Part shown: positions 35,721-46,350 of the stretch, piece after piece
Numbering within the stretch: position 1 is the stretch's first letter
Layout of the letters: each line of letters starts with the position of its first letter
Virus record (IMG/VR): IMGVR_UViG_3300036859_001061
Span: 1 to 56,087 of that record
Length of the DNA: 56,087 nucleotides
Direction: 5' to 3' (one strand)
From: a virus
Lineage: Duplodnaviria; Caudoviricetes
Made by a program: the position numbers and the translations under genes
Notes under the pieces: model-generated
The model's database searches: none
What the model saw: the letters and a program-made list of their open reading frames with translations, nothing else
What the model was told of the DNA's origin: nothing

Positions 35721-37312
35721 CGCTTCTTCCCGGCCTTCGCCTTCGCCGCGGGCTTCGACTCCGCGGCGGCCGGCGCCGGCGGCGCGTGCGTCGCGAGGAT
35801 CGCGGCCAGGCCGATGTCGAGCCCGAATCGCTTCAGCCGGCCAGGCACCTCACGCCGGCCCCAGTACTCGTTGTCGACGCCGCGCAGCGCCTGGCCCAGC
35901 GCCAGGACGCGGAGGGTTTCGTCGGCGTTCTTCGGCGGCCGGTTCAGTAGCCGCTGACTGTCCGCCTTCGCGTCGCGGGCCTCGGCGAGCGCCAGCTTGA
36001 TCAGCGTCGGCACCGGGGCGGCCTTCACCTGCGCGAGGATGGCGGCCTCGATCTCGGGGACCGCCTTCTTCCACTGGCGGCGCTCCTCGGCGTCCTGCTT
36101 CTCCTTCGCTTTCAGCTCCGCCTCCGTACGCGCGACCGCATTCGCCTCGTTGCGCGCGGCCTGCTTCCCCTTGCCGGACGCGCGGAGATTGGCGCTGTGC
36201 TCCTTCTGCTTGACGACCGCGGCGAAGTGGACGCGACAGCGATCGCGCGCGACGCAAACCCGCAGCGTGTCGCCCTGGCCGGGGCCCGCGACGACGACGC
36301 CGAGCACGGAGTGTTCGCAGGTCTTCGACTTCGCCTGCCCGTCGGCGCGCTCCCACGACTGCGACCCGTAGGTGCGTTCCTCGGCGCGCGCGTCGTCGGC
36401 GACGCGGTATTCGTGCGTGATCGCGATGACCTTCCGGCCGCGGCCCGGCTGCCCCGCGGCGGCGTCGACCTGGGCGGCCGTGGCCTCGAAGACGAGCGGC
36501 TGCGCCGTCGCCGCGTGCGCGACGTCGAACCGGACATGTCGCTGAATCCAGCCGTCGAACTCCCGGATCGAGACCGGTTTGACGTCGTCGTACTTGCCCG
36601 CTCTCTTTTCCTCGTCGGCGGTGAGAAAGTTGCGGCTGTGATCGGATGCCCACAGTCCGCCGACCGCGCCGACGCGCCCCACGCTCGAGTCTGGATCGAT
36701 CGCCCGCTCCTGGTCTGCCGGCTTCAGCCGCGACAGCAAGATCGCGTGCCCCACCGTGAACCGGTTCGCCTCCAGCAGCCGCTTCGCCTCCGGAATCAGG
36801 TCGTTCAGCTTCAGGCGGTCCCACACGTAGCCGACTGACATCCCGATCCGGGTCGCGATGGTCTCGGCGCTGTGCTTCGTCGGATTGCTGTCGATCAGGC
36901 GCCGGTAGCCGACGGCCTCTTCGAGCGGCGTCAGATCCTTGCGGTGGATGTTCTCCTCGAGCTGCGTCTCGAGGACCTGGGCGTCGGTGTAGGCACGGAC
37001 GATCGCCGGCACCTGGACCAGGCCCGCGAGCTTCGACGCGCGGTACCGGCATTCGCCGGCGACGATCTCGAAGAGCTTCGGGTGCTGCGCGGCCTTCTCG
37101 GGGTGCCGCCCGATCGCGCGGAGGCCGTCGAGCGGCCGCACGACGATCGGCTGGATGAGCCCCTTCTCCCGGATGCTGCCGGCGAGCTCGGCGAGGTACG
37201 CGTCGTCGAAGTGTGTGCGCGGGTTCGTCTTCGACGGGACGATGACCGCGGTCGGAAGGTGCTGGAAGGGCGCCTCGGTCTCCGCCGGCGGCGCCGCGGC
37301 TGCTGTCGTCAT
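35717..37312 (-). CDS. ParB/Spo0J-family protein
   Basis: NPRTHFD, LAGSIREKGLIQPIVVRP, IVAGECRYRA, ENIHRKDLTPLEEA, HTH. Confidence 0.9.
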   Translation of the reverse strand: MTTAAAAPPAETEAPFQHLPTAVIVPSKTNPRTHFDDAYLAELAGSIREKGLIQPIVVRPLDGLRAIGRHPEKAAQHPKLFEIVAGECRYRASKLAGLVQVPAIVRAYTDAQVLETQLEENIHRKDLTPLEEAVGYRRLIDSNPTKHSAETIATRIGMSVGYVWDRLKLNDLIPEAKRLLEANRFTVGHAILLSRLKPADQERAIDPDSSVGRVGAVGGLWASDHSRNFLTADEEKRAGKYDDVKPVSIREFDGWIQRHVRFDVAHAATAQPLVFEATAAQVDAAAGQPGRGRKVIAITHEYRVADDARAEERTYGSQSWERADGQAKSKTCEHSVLGVVVAGPGQGDTLRVCVARDRCRVHFAAVVKQKEHSANLRASGKGKQAARNEANAVARTEAELKAKEKQDAEERRQWKKAVPEIEAAILAQVKAAPVPTLIKLALAEARDAKADSQRLLNRPPKNADETLRVLALGQALRGVDNEYWGRREVPGRLKRFGLDIGLAAILATHAPPAPAAAESKPAAKAKAGKKR

Positions 37313-37355
37313 GCTGCTGTCGCTTTCTGCCGGCGTCCGCCGGCGTCACACGGGT

Positions 37356-38546
37356 CTAGAAGTCGGCCTTCAGCGCCAGGTCGGTGGGGACCCCTTCGGC
37401 GTCGACCGTGGGGGTCTGCCCTTTCTTCCCCTTGGCCTTGCCCTTCGCCGGGTAGTGGTGGTCGGGGCCGGCCTTCTTCGGCTTGCCCTTGCAATCGGTC
37501 CCGACGAGCGTGCCGATCTCGTAGTAGTTCGCGTCGTCCCCGCCCGCGATGAGCACGACGTCGCACTGCGTGCACGCCTGGTCCGCGCTATCACGGCCAG
37601 GGCCGGCGACGTGTCCCCTGCCGAGGACCGATGGCCGCTCGGGGACCGCTACCTCGACGACGTCGATCCCGGACGCCTGCTCATCCCGGTCCGTGACGAC
37701 CGCTTCTGCCCAGGTCATCACGGCGTTGCGCTCGTCCGGAGTCCACGCGCGGACGGTGTCGAGCGTGACGCTGATCTGCACGTCGTCGAGCGCGTCGACC
37801 GTTGGCTGCAACTGCTCGAGCTCGAGGGCCTCGAACACCTCGTCGAGATGCGCGGTGCTATCGCGCGGTGTCGTCGGCAGACCCTCGCGGCACACGATGC
37901 ACGTCTCGCCGGGATGCTGCTCCTCCCACACACAGAGCACGAGGTTGGTCCCCTGCGGATGCTCGGCGTCGGCCGCGGTGCGCCGGGCGATCTCGTGCAG
38001 GCGATCTTGCTCGCGCTCCTGGAGCGTTTCGATCAACACGCTCAGCTCGGCGTGCCCCTCGTCGAGCGCACCCTTCGCCTTCTTCCGGCGCTCGTCGGCG
38101 TCGTTGAACTTCGCCTCCAGAATCGCGACGGTCTTCTGCTTCTCGAAGATCTCGTGCAGCGCGCCCTCGTAATTGAACGGCGGCGCGGGGAACGGGAGCC
38201 GCGGCGTCTCGGCGACCTGCGCGGCGACCTGGGTGATGGCGTCCTCGGCCGACTGCCGTTCGTCCGCGATCACGAGCTCGCCGTGCCCATTCGGACAGAG
38301 CGGCCGCCCGTACTCCCCGATGCCGAGCGCCTGGTCGCTATCGACGAGCGTGAAGCCCGCGCGCGAGGGCAGCATCCGGAAGTGCACGCCGAAGTCGCAC
38401 GTCTGGCAGCGGCCCATGTGCATGACGGGATCCGGCGAGGGGGTCGAAATCACCGCCTCGCTATCAGGCGTATCAGACCCATTAGCCCTATCAGCCCTAT
38501 CAGGGGTCTCACGGTCGACCACGGTGTCCGCCGCATCAGTCGTCAT
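37356..38546 (-). CDS. Hypothetical protein with Cys pairs and coiled coil
   Basis: Long ORF, ATGA overlap start. Confidence 0.6.
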   Translation of the reverse strand: MTTDAADTVVDRETPDRADRANGSDTPDSEAVISTPSPDPVMHMGRCQTCDFGVHFRMLPSRAGFTLVDSDQALGIGEYGRPLCPNGHGELVIADERQSAEDAITQVAAQVAETPRLPFPAPPFNYEGALHEIFEKQKTVAILEAKFNDADERRKKAKGALDEGHAELSVLIETLQEREQDRLHEIARRTAADAEHPQGTNLVLCVWEEQHPGETCIVCREGLPTTPRDSTAHLDEVFEALELEQLQPTVDALDDVQISVTLDTVRAWTPDERNAVMTWAEAVVTDRDEQASGIDVVEVAVPERPSVLGRGHVAGPGRDSADQACTQCDVVLIAGGDDANYYEIGTLVGTDCKGKPKKAGPDHHYPAKGKAKGKKGQTPTVDAEGVPTDLALKADF

Positions 38547-38779
38547 GCTTCCTCCAGTATCGCGCCCAGGCCGAGCGCGATCTCTACCGCACCAGGGGCG
38601 AGCGAGACCATCTCGCTGTCGCCCGGATCGAGCAGCCGTCGCGCTTCCTGGCGCGTCGCCAGTCGCAGAAAATCCACGTAGGTCCCGTGCATCGCGTCGG
38701 CGTTCGTGATCCGCACCTCGCGCGGCTCGACGAGGTCCAGATGCACCGTGCAGCGGCCGCGGAACATCATGCGATCCAA
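38543..38779 (-). CDS. Hypothetical protein
   Basis: 78-aa coupled ORF. Confidence 0.45.
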   Translation of the reverse strand: MDRMMFRGRCTVHLDLVEPREVRITNADAMHGTYVDFLRLATRQEARRLLDPGDSEMVSLAPGAVEIALGLGAILEEA

Positions 38780-38806
38780 TCTCCATAGGCGATCCGGGTG
38801 TCTGGC

Positions 38807-39476
38807 CTACCCACGACGGTGCGGCTCCAGATTGCGCGCCGAATACGCCTCGACCGCGGGTCCGTGGATGTGTGCCGCTCCGCACGGGCACCTCAGGAGT
38901 CGCCACTCGCCCGAGGGGTGAGACTTCCAAACCTCATCCGTCGGTTCCCCGTGCACCGCGTGCGCTGCGCGCCAAGCCTCCGTGGTCATCGTTCGCAGCT
39001 CGAGCTGTCGGCCGAAGTCACATCCGCTCATGCGCGCACCGCTTTCCTGGTCCGGTAGTACGCGAACGAATGCGTCGACGGCTGCGCAATATGGTCCCAA
39101 ATCTCCCCGCTCGAGGGCGTCGAGCTGCCGCCGCACGCATCACACAGCGGCACCTCTGGACCGACGCGCCGAACCCGTCGCGGTGGATCGCGAAATTGCC
39201 TTCGGCGTCCCTCCCGCAGAATGCGCACTTCTCCGCAGGTTGTGCTCATGCGCCCCTCCGGAAGCCGAGCCGCCGCTGAAAGTCCGCGATCTGTCGGCGG
39301 CCCTCCGCGCGGAACTGGTCGCGCTGCAGATCGCGCGCCTCCCGTTCCGAGAGCGGCATCGACGCCCAGCCGTGCCGGATGTCGGCGATCACCTCGGCGC
39401 CGGCGAGCAGCGCGCCGACGGCGACGACGAACGCGATCGCCAGAAACTCCGGCGGGATGTCAGCCCAGAAGTGCAC
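38807..39476 (-). CDS. Three small coupled ORFs (38807-39031, 39028-39249, 39246-39476; the last has a TM helix)
   Basis: Successive ATGA overlaps. Confidence 0.45.
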
Positions 39477-40005
39477 GCGGCTCCTCCGGTGCGGCGTCCC
39501 GCACGCAAATCTCTACGCGCGGGAACTCGCCCGCCGCGCAGTACCGTTTCCGGGCGACGACGTCGGTGACCTGCGCGTCGTCGTTCCACACCACTCGGCT
39601 GAGCGCATCTTTGACAACGCGAAGGCATTTATCGGTGTCAGGGCGCGTGATGTGGGGCACCGGCACGCCGGCGTACTTGCGAATCAGGAACTTCTTCGGT
39701 CGCGGCAGGTAGAACGTCACCGCGAGCGCGACGGCGCCGGCGAAATGCAGGCCGCGGTGTTCCGCGCGTCCGAGCTCCAGCGCCGCGCAGTTGGCGATCG
39801 TCGTCTGCCAGCTCTTCGCCTTCGGGTTGTCGTTCGTGACGATCGCGCGCGGCTTCCCGCCGCCTTTCGGGGTGATGACGAACGAGCGCGCTGAGCCTTT
39901 CGTCTGCGCGAGGCCGACGACGACGAATCGCAGCTCACGTGGGAGCGTGTGCCAGGTGACGAGTGGGCGCGACGGTGCCGCGCGATCGAACAAATCAGTC
40001 GTCAT
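39460..40005 (-). CDS. rusA: RusA-family Holliday junction resolvase
   Basis: AQTKGS, FYLPRPK, RPDTDKCLRVVKDALSRVVWNDDAQV. Confidence 0.9.
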   Translation of the reverse strand: MTTDLFDRAAPSRPLVTWHTLPRELRFVVVGLAQTKGSARSFVITPKGGGKPRAIVTNDNPKAKSWQTTIANCAALELGRAEHRGLHFAGAVALAVTFYLPRPKKFLIRKYAGVPVPHITRPDTDKCLRVVKDALSRVVWNDDAQVTDVVARKRYCAAGEFPRVEICVRDAAPEEPRALLG

Positions 40006-40723
40006 CGCGCCCCCGGAACGGCAGCCGCTGATCGGCGCACTGGATGTAGGCGATCGTCGCCCGCCCCGCGATCCGCGATGGCAGCCGGTCGTCGCCCAGG
40101 AACTCCCCGAGCGTCTGCGGCCGGTTGGGATCGTGGGCCTTGAATTTCGGGTCACGTCCCAGGCCGAGGTTCGACGTCCAGATCGTGCGCAGCCCGCGAT
40201 CGCTGCGCTCCTCGTACACGGTGTAGAGCGTCCGGTTGCTGTAATCGGACGCCTTCTCGACGCCGAGGTCGTCGAGCACCAGCAGCCCGACCGAGAACAG
40301 CCGGTCACAGAACCGGCGTTCCTCTGCGCGGTCCTCGGCCGACTTGTCGCTGCCGAACATCAGCTGTAGGTCGAGCAACAGCTTCGGCACGCGGATAAAA
40401 AGCCCGCTGCCGCGGCTGGCCAGGTAGTACTCGTTCAGGACCGTACACCCCAGGCGCGACTTGCCCGAGCCGATCGGGCCGGCGAGGAAGAGATCGCCCG
40501 TGTCGGCCGCTAGGAGCGTCTTCGCCGAGGCGAGCGCCGTCTTATTGCCGGGCATCGGGCGATAGTTCCCGAGGCGCGCGTCGCGGAACTCGAGCGGCAC
40601 GCCGTCGGCGTACGGTTGGCGCTTCGCCTTGACACAGTCGCAGGGCACGACGCCGCGCTGGCCCTCAACCTGGCGCCAGTGGGTGCCGTCGCAGAGGGCG
40701 CAGACGGCGTCAGTCGTCGGCAT
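39995..40723 (-). CDS. DnaC-like helicase loader AAA+ ATPase
   Basis: CALC..CDC zinc site, GPIGSGKS, LLVLDDLG, TIWTSN, RLPSRI. Confidence 0.9.
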   Translation of the reverse strand: MPTTDAVCALCDGTHWRQVEGQRGVVPCDCVKAKRQPYADGVPLEFRDARLGNYRPMPGNKTALASAKTLLAADTGDLFLAGPIGSGKSRLGCTVLNEYYLASRGSGLFIRVPKLLLDLQLMFGSDKSAEDRAEERRFCDRLFSVGLLVLDDLGVEKASDYSNRTLYTVYEERSDRGLRTIWTSNLGLGRDPKFKAHDPNRPQTLGEFLGDDRLPSRIAGRATIAYIQCADQRLPFRGRDDD

Positions 40724-41651
40724 GGTCGAGTCCTCGCGTGAGTCCGGCGTACTTGTCGACGTCGGCCGGGGTGTTGGAATGGCGGACCGCGGCCTTCCGT
40801 GGGCCGGCCGCCGGCGCGGCGACGACAGACCCTGGAAACTGCCGCCGCACAAACCCGTCGAAGTGCGCCTCCCAAAACTTCACTGCTTGCCCGATCACCG
40901 CTTCAGGCGCCAAGGCCCCGATCACCTCGAGGTAGAACGCGCGGAGGACCTGGTCTGGGTCCGACGTTACCCCCGCGAGCGCCTCGCTGAACTGCTGGTG
41001 TATAAACGCCGGGACACAGGAGCCGCCAGGTCCGCAGGTCGCGTGATGCCGATGCTGCGTGCTGACGAGCGAGGGGATCGCGCCGCGTGCGGCGCCGCTC
41101 TCTCTCTGGGGAGAGGGAGAGGGAGAGGGAGAGGGAGAGGGAGAGGGAGAGGGAGTGCGATCAACTCCCGTCTGGCAGATCGGAGTTGCTGAACTGCCAG
41201 ATCGAAGTTGATGATCAACTCCGATCTGCCTGTCTGAAGTTGGCGGACGATGGCCGCCGTTCGGCGCCGTTCGGCGCCGTTTGACTGACGGTGCAACTCG
41301 TTGCTGCCGCTCCACTTCTCGCTTGTGTCGCTTCGCCACGTAGTCCGGCGCGTGGTGCCAGAGATCGTGAATGCGATAGCGTGCGGTCCCGTTCAGATCA
41401 TCCTCCACCGGTTCGATAAAGCCGTGTCCCTCTGGTGATCCCGCTTCCGACAAGGCGCGCGCGAGCGAGCCGTGGTCCCCGGTCCACCCCACGACCGCCT
41501 CGATGTCCTCCGCGGTCCCGACGTAGTCATCACCACATTCGTACGCCGACTCCCAGAGCAGCTCGAGCGCGCCACGCGCCAGGAGTGGCGAATTCAACGC
41601 CCGCGCGAGGCGCCGGAACTTCCGATGCGTGGTCAGCCCGGGGCGTGCCAT
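40710..41651 (-). CDS. Phage replication initiator / replisome organiser
   Basis: [22 protein letters not shown], (PS)n linker; upstream of DnaC-like gene; internal iteron-like repeats. Confidence 0.75.
   Translation of the reverse strand: MARPGLTTHRKFRRLARALNSPLLARGALELLWESAYECGDDYVGTAEDIEAVVGWTGDHGSLARALSEAGSPEGHGFIEPVEDDLNGTARYRIHDLWHHAPDYVAKRHKREVERQQRVAPSVKRRRTAPNGGHRPPTSDRQIGVDHQLRSGSSATPICQTGVDRTPSPSPSPSPSPSPSPQRESGAARGAIPSLVSTQHRHHATCGPGGSCVPAFIHQQFSEALAGVTSDPDQVLRAFYLEVIGALAPEAVIGQAVKFWEAHFDGFVRRQFPGSVVAAPAAGPRKAAVRHSNTPADVDKYAGLTRGLDHADD
41109..41155 (+). repeat. (GGGAGA)x7.8 microsatellite encoding a Pro-Ser linker
   Basis: Read directly from sequence. Confidence 0.9.
41162..41228. 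promoter_or_regulatory. Iteron-like repeats, putative phage origin
   Basis: Four 13-mers CAGA(TC/CG)G(G/A)AGTTG at 41162 (rev), 41176, 41198, 41216 (rev). Confidence 0.6.
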
Positions 41652-41657
41652 CAGCCC

Positions 41658-42449
41658 CTATCTGTGAGCCGAAATGTTCGTCGTCGTCGGGAGCTCGCGC
41701 ACGACCGCGAGCACAAATTCCGAGAGCGCCGGAAAGAAGGCGTCAGCCTTCGTGGAGGCGCGCGAGGAATTTTTTGCGTCCCAGGCGGCCCTGGCGTCCC
41801 AGGCGGCCCTGGCGGCCCTGGCGTCCCAGGCGGCCCTGGCGTCCCAGACGGCCCAGGCGGCCCAGGCGGCCCAGGCGGCCCTGGCGGACCAGGCGGCCCA
41901 GGCGGCCCTGGCGGACCAGGCGGCCCAGGCGGCCGCCTCCCGTTGGTCGGCGGTCGCCTGGGCACCGGTCGCGATCTCGTCGTCGAAGCCCGCAATCACC
42001 CCGTCAATGTGTCCGCGGATCTTGTCGTCATCGGTCGCGTAGCGCACGCCGAACGTCTCGTCCGCGAGCGACCAGCGCAGGATGCGCGCGAGGACGATGT
42101 CGTCGATCACGGCCCCGACCGGGATCGCCTCCGCCAGTCGCCGCGGCCACGTCTTCGAGAGGTCGTCCGGGAGCGATTCGAAGATATGGTCTTCGAGGTA
42201 CGCGAACCAGAGCGGCAACCCAAGCTCGGCTTCATAGCGGCCGTGATCGCCGGTCCGCTCGGCGCTCGCCGGGCCAACCTTGCCTTGCAGCACGTTGAGC
42301 GAGTGCAGGGCACAGCCGATCGCGCAGCCCCTGAACATGCCGTTCATTTGACCGTAGGTGCCCTTGATTAGCGCGTCTTGGTCCTCGTGTTTGGTGATCT
42401 CCGCGAGGAAGTCGGCCTTGAGCTGTTCGTTCCCGAGGTACGTCTGCAT
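41658..42449 (-). CDS. Phage protein with AAW/SAR/DAR tripeptide repeats
   Basis: [15 protein letters not shown]-terminal domain; 9-bp-unit tandem repeat about 41780-41935. Confidence 0.75.
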   Translation of the reverse strand: MQTYLGNEQLKADFLAEITKHEDQDALIKGTYGQMNGMFRGCAIGCALHSLNVLQGKVGPASAERTGDHGRYEAELGLPLWFAYLEDHIFESLPDDLSKTWPRRLAEAIPVGAVIDDIVLARILRWSLADETFGVRYATDDDKIRGHIDGVIAGFDDEIATGAQATADQREAAAWAAWSARAAWAAWSARAAWAAWAAWAVWDARAAWDARAARAAWDARAAWDAKNSSRASTKADAFFPALSEFVLAVVRELPTTTNISAHR

Positions 42450-42594
42450 TCTCCTCTCCTCTCGTCATCCGCATCGGAGCCCGGGCGTGCGCGCTAGGTC
42501 CGCCCTTCACGGAACACGCGGCGCCCGTGCCTGTGGTCAACCGTGTCGGCGCGCTCTCAGGGACGCCCGGACTCCGAACTTGTGTGTTGAAAAA

Positions 42595-42780
42595 CTAGAA
42601 GCCCGTCTCGTCGTCGTCGAACTCATCCCGCTCGTCACCTGCTGTCGTCTCGCCGGCTGCGACCAGCGCGGCCTCCGGCGGCAGCTGCACAGCCATCAAC
42701 GGTCGCGGTTGCGACGATTCGACGGCCGCGAGCGCCGCCTCCTTCGTGCACGGCGTTATCGCGTAGATCGAGCCGTGAAA
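42595..42780 (-). pseudogene. Orphan 3' gene fragment
   Basis: Frame reads GSIYAITPCTKEAALAA..DEFDDDETGF-stop, but an in-frame stop and no start lie just upstream. Confidence 0.35.
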
Positions 42781-42891
42781 TCTGTGGACGTCTCTCCGCC
42801 CTGCCCTCCTGTTTCATAAGCGCGTGGTTTCAAGGAGCACGCACCGCCCCGGGATCGCATCGCCCTGCGAAGGGCTCCCGGTTGGAACTCG

Positions 42892-43140
42892 TCAGATCCG
42901 CGTGTAGCCGCCCTCGAACGCATCCGCCGGGCTGAACGATTTGTAGCCGTCCTGGTAGACGACGTAGTAGCCGCCAGCCTGCGGGTTGTGCTTCCGCACG
43001 TATTCCGCATCCACACGGAACGGTACGTAGCCGAGATCCGCTGGCACAATCGTGGTCCCACCATCCATCCGGTAGCTGCACTGGGCCGTCCGCCCGACGA
43101 GGGACGGTGTCGCTGTCGGAGTTGTTTGTGCGTCACTCAT
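42892..43140 (-). CDS. Conserved small phage protein
   Basis: GGYYVVYQDGYKSFSPADAFEGGY motif. Confidence 0.7.
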   Translation of the reverse strand: MSDAQTTPTATPSLVGRTAQCSYRMDGGTTIVPADLGYVPFRVDAEYVRKHNPQAGGYYVVYQDGYKSFSPADAFEGGYTRI

Positions 43141-43153
43141 CTCGTGTAGCCCT

Positions 43154-43357
43154 CTAGGGCGATGCCGCCGCCCTCGTCTCCCCTGTCCGCTGTGCGTGCG
43201 CGATCGCCGTCTGCACGATGTCGTCGACGCTCTTCGCGCGGTCCCAGAGCAGCAGGATGTCGTCGCCGCCGAAGTACTCCGGGTCGAGGCCCGCCTGGGC
43301 GCAGCCGCGACGCACTGCCGCGACGTCAGCCGCCGTGATCGCCCGTTGGCGTCTCAC
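43154..43357 (-). CDS. Hypothetical protein
   Basis: GTGA overlap with ATPase stop. Confidence 0.45.
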   Translation of the reverse strand: MRRQRAITAADVAAVRRGCAQAGLDPEYFGGDDILLLWDRAKSVDDIVQTAIAHAQRTGETRAAASP

Positions 43358-45219
43358 GCGCACACCGCCTGCTCGACGCGCGCGAGCGTGCTCACGCCGT
43401 CGACCTTCGTCACACGCACCCAGGTCCAGCCCTCGATCGCCGGCGGCTCAAAGTCGTCGTCCTTCGTGGCCGCGGCCACGACCTGGACGCTCCCGCGCAG
43501 GCTGAGGAGTTCCCCGAGCAGCGCGCGGTTCGGGCCATCGAGGAGATCCACCTGATCGATCGCCACGCAGTGGAAGCCGGTCGCCTCCGCGATCGCGAGC
43601 TGCAGCGCGATGCCGACGCGCAGCCGTTCGGACGTCGAGAGGAGCGCCGCCGACAGGCCGTTCACGACGACGCGCCACGGCTCGGCCTCGATCTGGAGCC
43701 GATAGCCGAACCGCTCGAGCGCCTGATTGATGGCCGCCTCGAACTGTCCCAGCGCCGCGGTCAGTGCCTGGACGCGCGCGCCGTTGGGGCCGAAGACCTC
43801 GGTGAGCCGCTCGGCCTCGGCGAGCTCGCGCGAGGCGGCGAGCTGCTGCGCCTTCACCGCCGCGTGGCGGGCCGCCTGGGCCGCGATGTCGCGGGCGGCC
43901 TGCAGGACCTCCTCGCCTTTCGCGATGCGCCCCTGCACGGTTTGGAGCTCGGGGGAGGGTGCCGTGTCGGCCGGGCACGCGTCCCGATCCGCCTGGAGTC
44001 GGGCTAGGGTGCGCTCGAGGTCGGCGAGATCGCTTGTCTGGGTCGCGCGCTGCACCTGGACGCGCTGCAGGCGATCGAGGCGGTCAATGAGGGCCTGGCT
44101 GTCCGCCGCGCGCAGGCGGGCCTTCTCAACGGCCTGCTGCGCCTCGTCGACGGTCGCGGTCAGCGTGTCGATCTGGGCCTGGAGCGTCGCGAGCTCCGCG
44201 CTGAAGTACTTCGCCGGGGTCTTGCAGGGGATGGTGCCGTCCAGCACGCAGCCGCGGTCCGGGCTGTGCTCGGCGAGGGCGACATGCGTGTCCGCGAGCA
44301 GCGTCAAGCGGCCGGCGGCATCGACGAGCGCCACGCGCGCGTGATTCGCCGCGTCGTCCGCGTCCTCGTCGGTGACGATCGCGACCCGTTCCTGCAGCTC
44401 GAGGATGGCATCGGCGAGATCGACCTTCGCCCCGTCGAGGGCGGGCACCGTCGCCGTCTCGGTGATCGTGTGCTGCGTGCGCGCGATCGCGGTCTCGACG
44501 TGCGTGATCTGTTTGTCGAGCTCGCCGCGGCGGCCCGTGGCTTCCGAGGCGGCCGCGAGCAACGTCTTCTCCTCGGCCCGCAGGGTCGCCAGGCGCGCCT
44601 CGATGGCCGGGACGTCGGGGAGCTCACCCGCTGGCGCCGGCGGCAGCGTGAGGGCCGCAAGGGCCGCCTTACGCGTCCGGCGCACCTCGAACCAGTGCTT
44701 GTACCGTGCGTCGACCTGGCCGAGCGTGAGGGTCTCGTCGCCGACCGGGACGCGCACGTCGAGGACGTCGAGCAGGAGATGCTTCGCCTCGGCGTGGTGG
44801 AGCGCCAGGAAGGCATCGGTCTGCAGGCACGCGTCCACGATCGCGGGCGTGACGCCGAGCCGTTCGAAGAGCACCCCCGCCTGCGTCTCCTTCGGCCCGA
44901 CGGCGCCGTCGAGGCTCAGTTTCTGCGCGGTCGGCGTTTGCGCCCGGACGACGACGAGCGGCGCGCCGTCGGCATCGGCGATCTGGACGCCGACGCGCAT
45001 CTGCCCGCTCGCGTCGGTCGCGCGCAGGAGCGTGTGGCTGCCGACGCCGCGCGCATCAGTCCCGCGGCAGTGCCCGGTGAACGCCCACTGGAGCGCGTCG
45101 ATGATGGTGCTCTTCGAGGCACCGTTGCGGCCGATCACGAACGTGACCGGCGTGTCGAACACCAGGGTCGCCGTCGCGATCGACCGGAAGTTCTCGAGCT
45201 GCAGTTGTGGAATGCGCAC
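43354..45219 (-). CDS. SMC/Rad50(SbcC)-like ATPase
   Basis: LQLENFRS, Walker A GRNGASKST, long coiled coil, signature LSTSE, Walker B-like VAIDQVDLLD. Confidence 0.88.
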   Translation of the reverse strand: MRIPQLQLENFRSIATATLVFDTPVTFVIGRNGASKSTIIDALQWAFTGHCRGTDARGVGSHTLLRATDASGQMRVGVQIADADGAPLVVVRAQTPTAQKLSLDGAVGPKETQAGVLFERLGVTPAIVDACLQTDAFLALHHAEAKHLLLDVLDVRVPVGDETLTLGQVDARYKHWFEVRRTRKAALAALTLPPAPAGELPDVPAIEARLATLRAEEKTLLAAASEATGRRGELDKQITHVETAIARTQHTITETATVPALDGAKVDLADAILELQERVAIVTDEDADDAANHARVALVDAAGRLTLLADTHVALAEHSPDRGCVLDGTIPCKTPAKYFSAELATLQAQIDTLTATVDEAQQAVEKARLRAADSQALIDRLDRLQRVQVQRATQTSDLADLERTLARLQADRDACPADTAPSPELQTVQGRIAKGEEVLQAARDIAAQAARHAAVKAQQLAASRELAEAERLTEVFGPNGARVQALTAALGQFEAAINQALERFGYRLQIEAEPWRVVVNGLSAALLSTSERLRVGIALQLAIAEATGFHCVAIDQVDLLDGPNRALLGELLSLRGSVQVVAAATKDDDFEPPAIEGWTWVRVTKVDGVSTLARVEQAVCA

Positions 45220-45224
45220 GGGTC

Positions 45225-46337
45225 TTAAGCCTCCCCTTCGATCAGCTCGTCGTCGGTGACGTCGCCGACCTTTTTTGCGGTGAACTTTGTGCCGTGGGTG
45301 ATCGTGGCGAGTGCCTCGAGGTCGGGCCGCACATGCGCGAACCGTTTGGTCGTCAGGTAGGTCCGGAGCGCGCTCTTGCTGACCGAGAACGTGGGCGTCA
45401 CGCCCTGGTCGATGAGGATCTGCATGACGGCCGCGATCGGGAACGTCGTCACGGCTGACGGCCGATGCGCCCACTCGCGGCCACCGATGGTGACTGGCCC
45501 CTCGCCGGCGCACCAGGCTTCGAGCGCTTTCCGCCGCGCCGTCGCGGCTTGCTGCAGCACCAGGAGCTGCCCCGCAATGCGCTGCGCATCCTCAGCCGAG
45601 CTGATGCGCACGGGCGCGAGGCGCGCGTCGTTGACGACGGGGCACTCCAGGCGGCAGAACCCGCAATGCTGGCCGGGCACCGCCGGCCACGCGTTCTCGG
45701 CATGCGCCCGCTCGATCTGCTGTCGGGTGATCGCGAGCTCCGCGTCGACCTGGTCGAGATCGGCCGTATCGAACGTGGCCGACGCGCTGAAGCCCCAGCG
45801 TACGAAATCGAACCGGATTCGGTACTTGGCGAAGCCTGGATACAGCCGGCGGGCGGAGGCCGCGTAGAAACGGCCCTGCAGTTCGTGGCGGGCCTGCGCA
45901 TCCGAGAACCCGATCCAGTACGTTTTGAAGTCAGGAATCTCCAGGAGGTCGTCGTACGCATAGAGCAGGTCCGGCGTCCAGGTGTAGCCCAGGCTGTCGA
46001 CCTGTTGCTCCTCGGCCGAGAGATAGGCGTCCAGATCGAGCTCGAAGTCTGGGGCCCACCGCTGCCAGAACAGATCCCCGACTTCCGGCAACAGGTGCGC
46101 GGGCGTCCGTTCCTCGACCATCCCCTCGGCGAAGGCCTGCTCTGCAAGCTGCAGGTCTTCGCGCTGGCGCGTCTGCCAGAGCGCGTGGATGTAGCGCCGC
46201 GCGGCGGCATGAAAGGCGCGCCCCCGGATCGCCTCGTCGGAATCGTCCGGCACACCATCGACGTAGATCTGGCGATACCGAAACGGACACGAGAAACTCT
46301 CCAAGGCGCTGCGACGCAGGACAAGAGCGTTGGACAT
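45225..46337 (-). CDS. PD-(D/E)XK exonuclease (RecB/AddB/Cas4-like)
   Basis: SCPFRY, GRAFH, TPDLL..IPDFKT, QGRFY, HCGFCRLEC. Confidence 0.85.
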   Translation of the reverse strand: MSNALVLRRSALESFSCPFRYRQIYVDGVPDDSDEAIRGRAFHAAARRYIHALWQTRQREDLQLAEQAFAEGMVEERTPAHLLPEVGDLFWQRWAPDFELDLDAYLSAEEQQVDSLGYTWTPDLLYAYDDLLEIPDFKTYWIGFSDAQARHELQGRFYAASARRLYPGFAKYRIRFDFVRWGFSASATFDTADLDQVDAELAITRQQIERAHAENAWPAVPGQHCGFCRLECPVVNDARLAPVRISSAEDAQRIAGQLLVLQQAATARRKALEAWCAGEGPVTIGGREWAHRPSAVTTFPIAAVMQILIDQGVTPTFSVSKSALRTYLTTKRFAHVRPDLEALATITHGTKFTAKKVGDVTDDELIEGEA

Positions 46338-46350
46338 CGTCGTCGTCCGC

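Noticed and set aside
41472-42371. Collagen-like PGP/GGP ORFs
   Set aside because: Alternative-frame readings of the AAW tandem repeat in 41658-42449
43399-43412. Short match of spacer 33323-33360 to the ATPase gene end
   Set aside because: Only about 11 bp identical; expected by chance
45225-46337. Cas4-like nuclease as the adaptation gene of the CRISPR locus
   Set aside because: It is about 10 kb from the array, between an annealing-type protein and a Rad50-like ATPase, which is a standard phage recombination module
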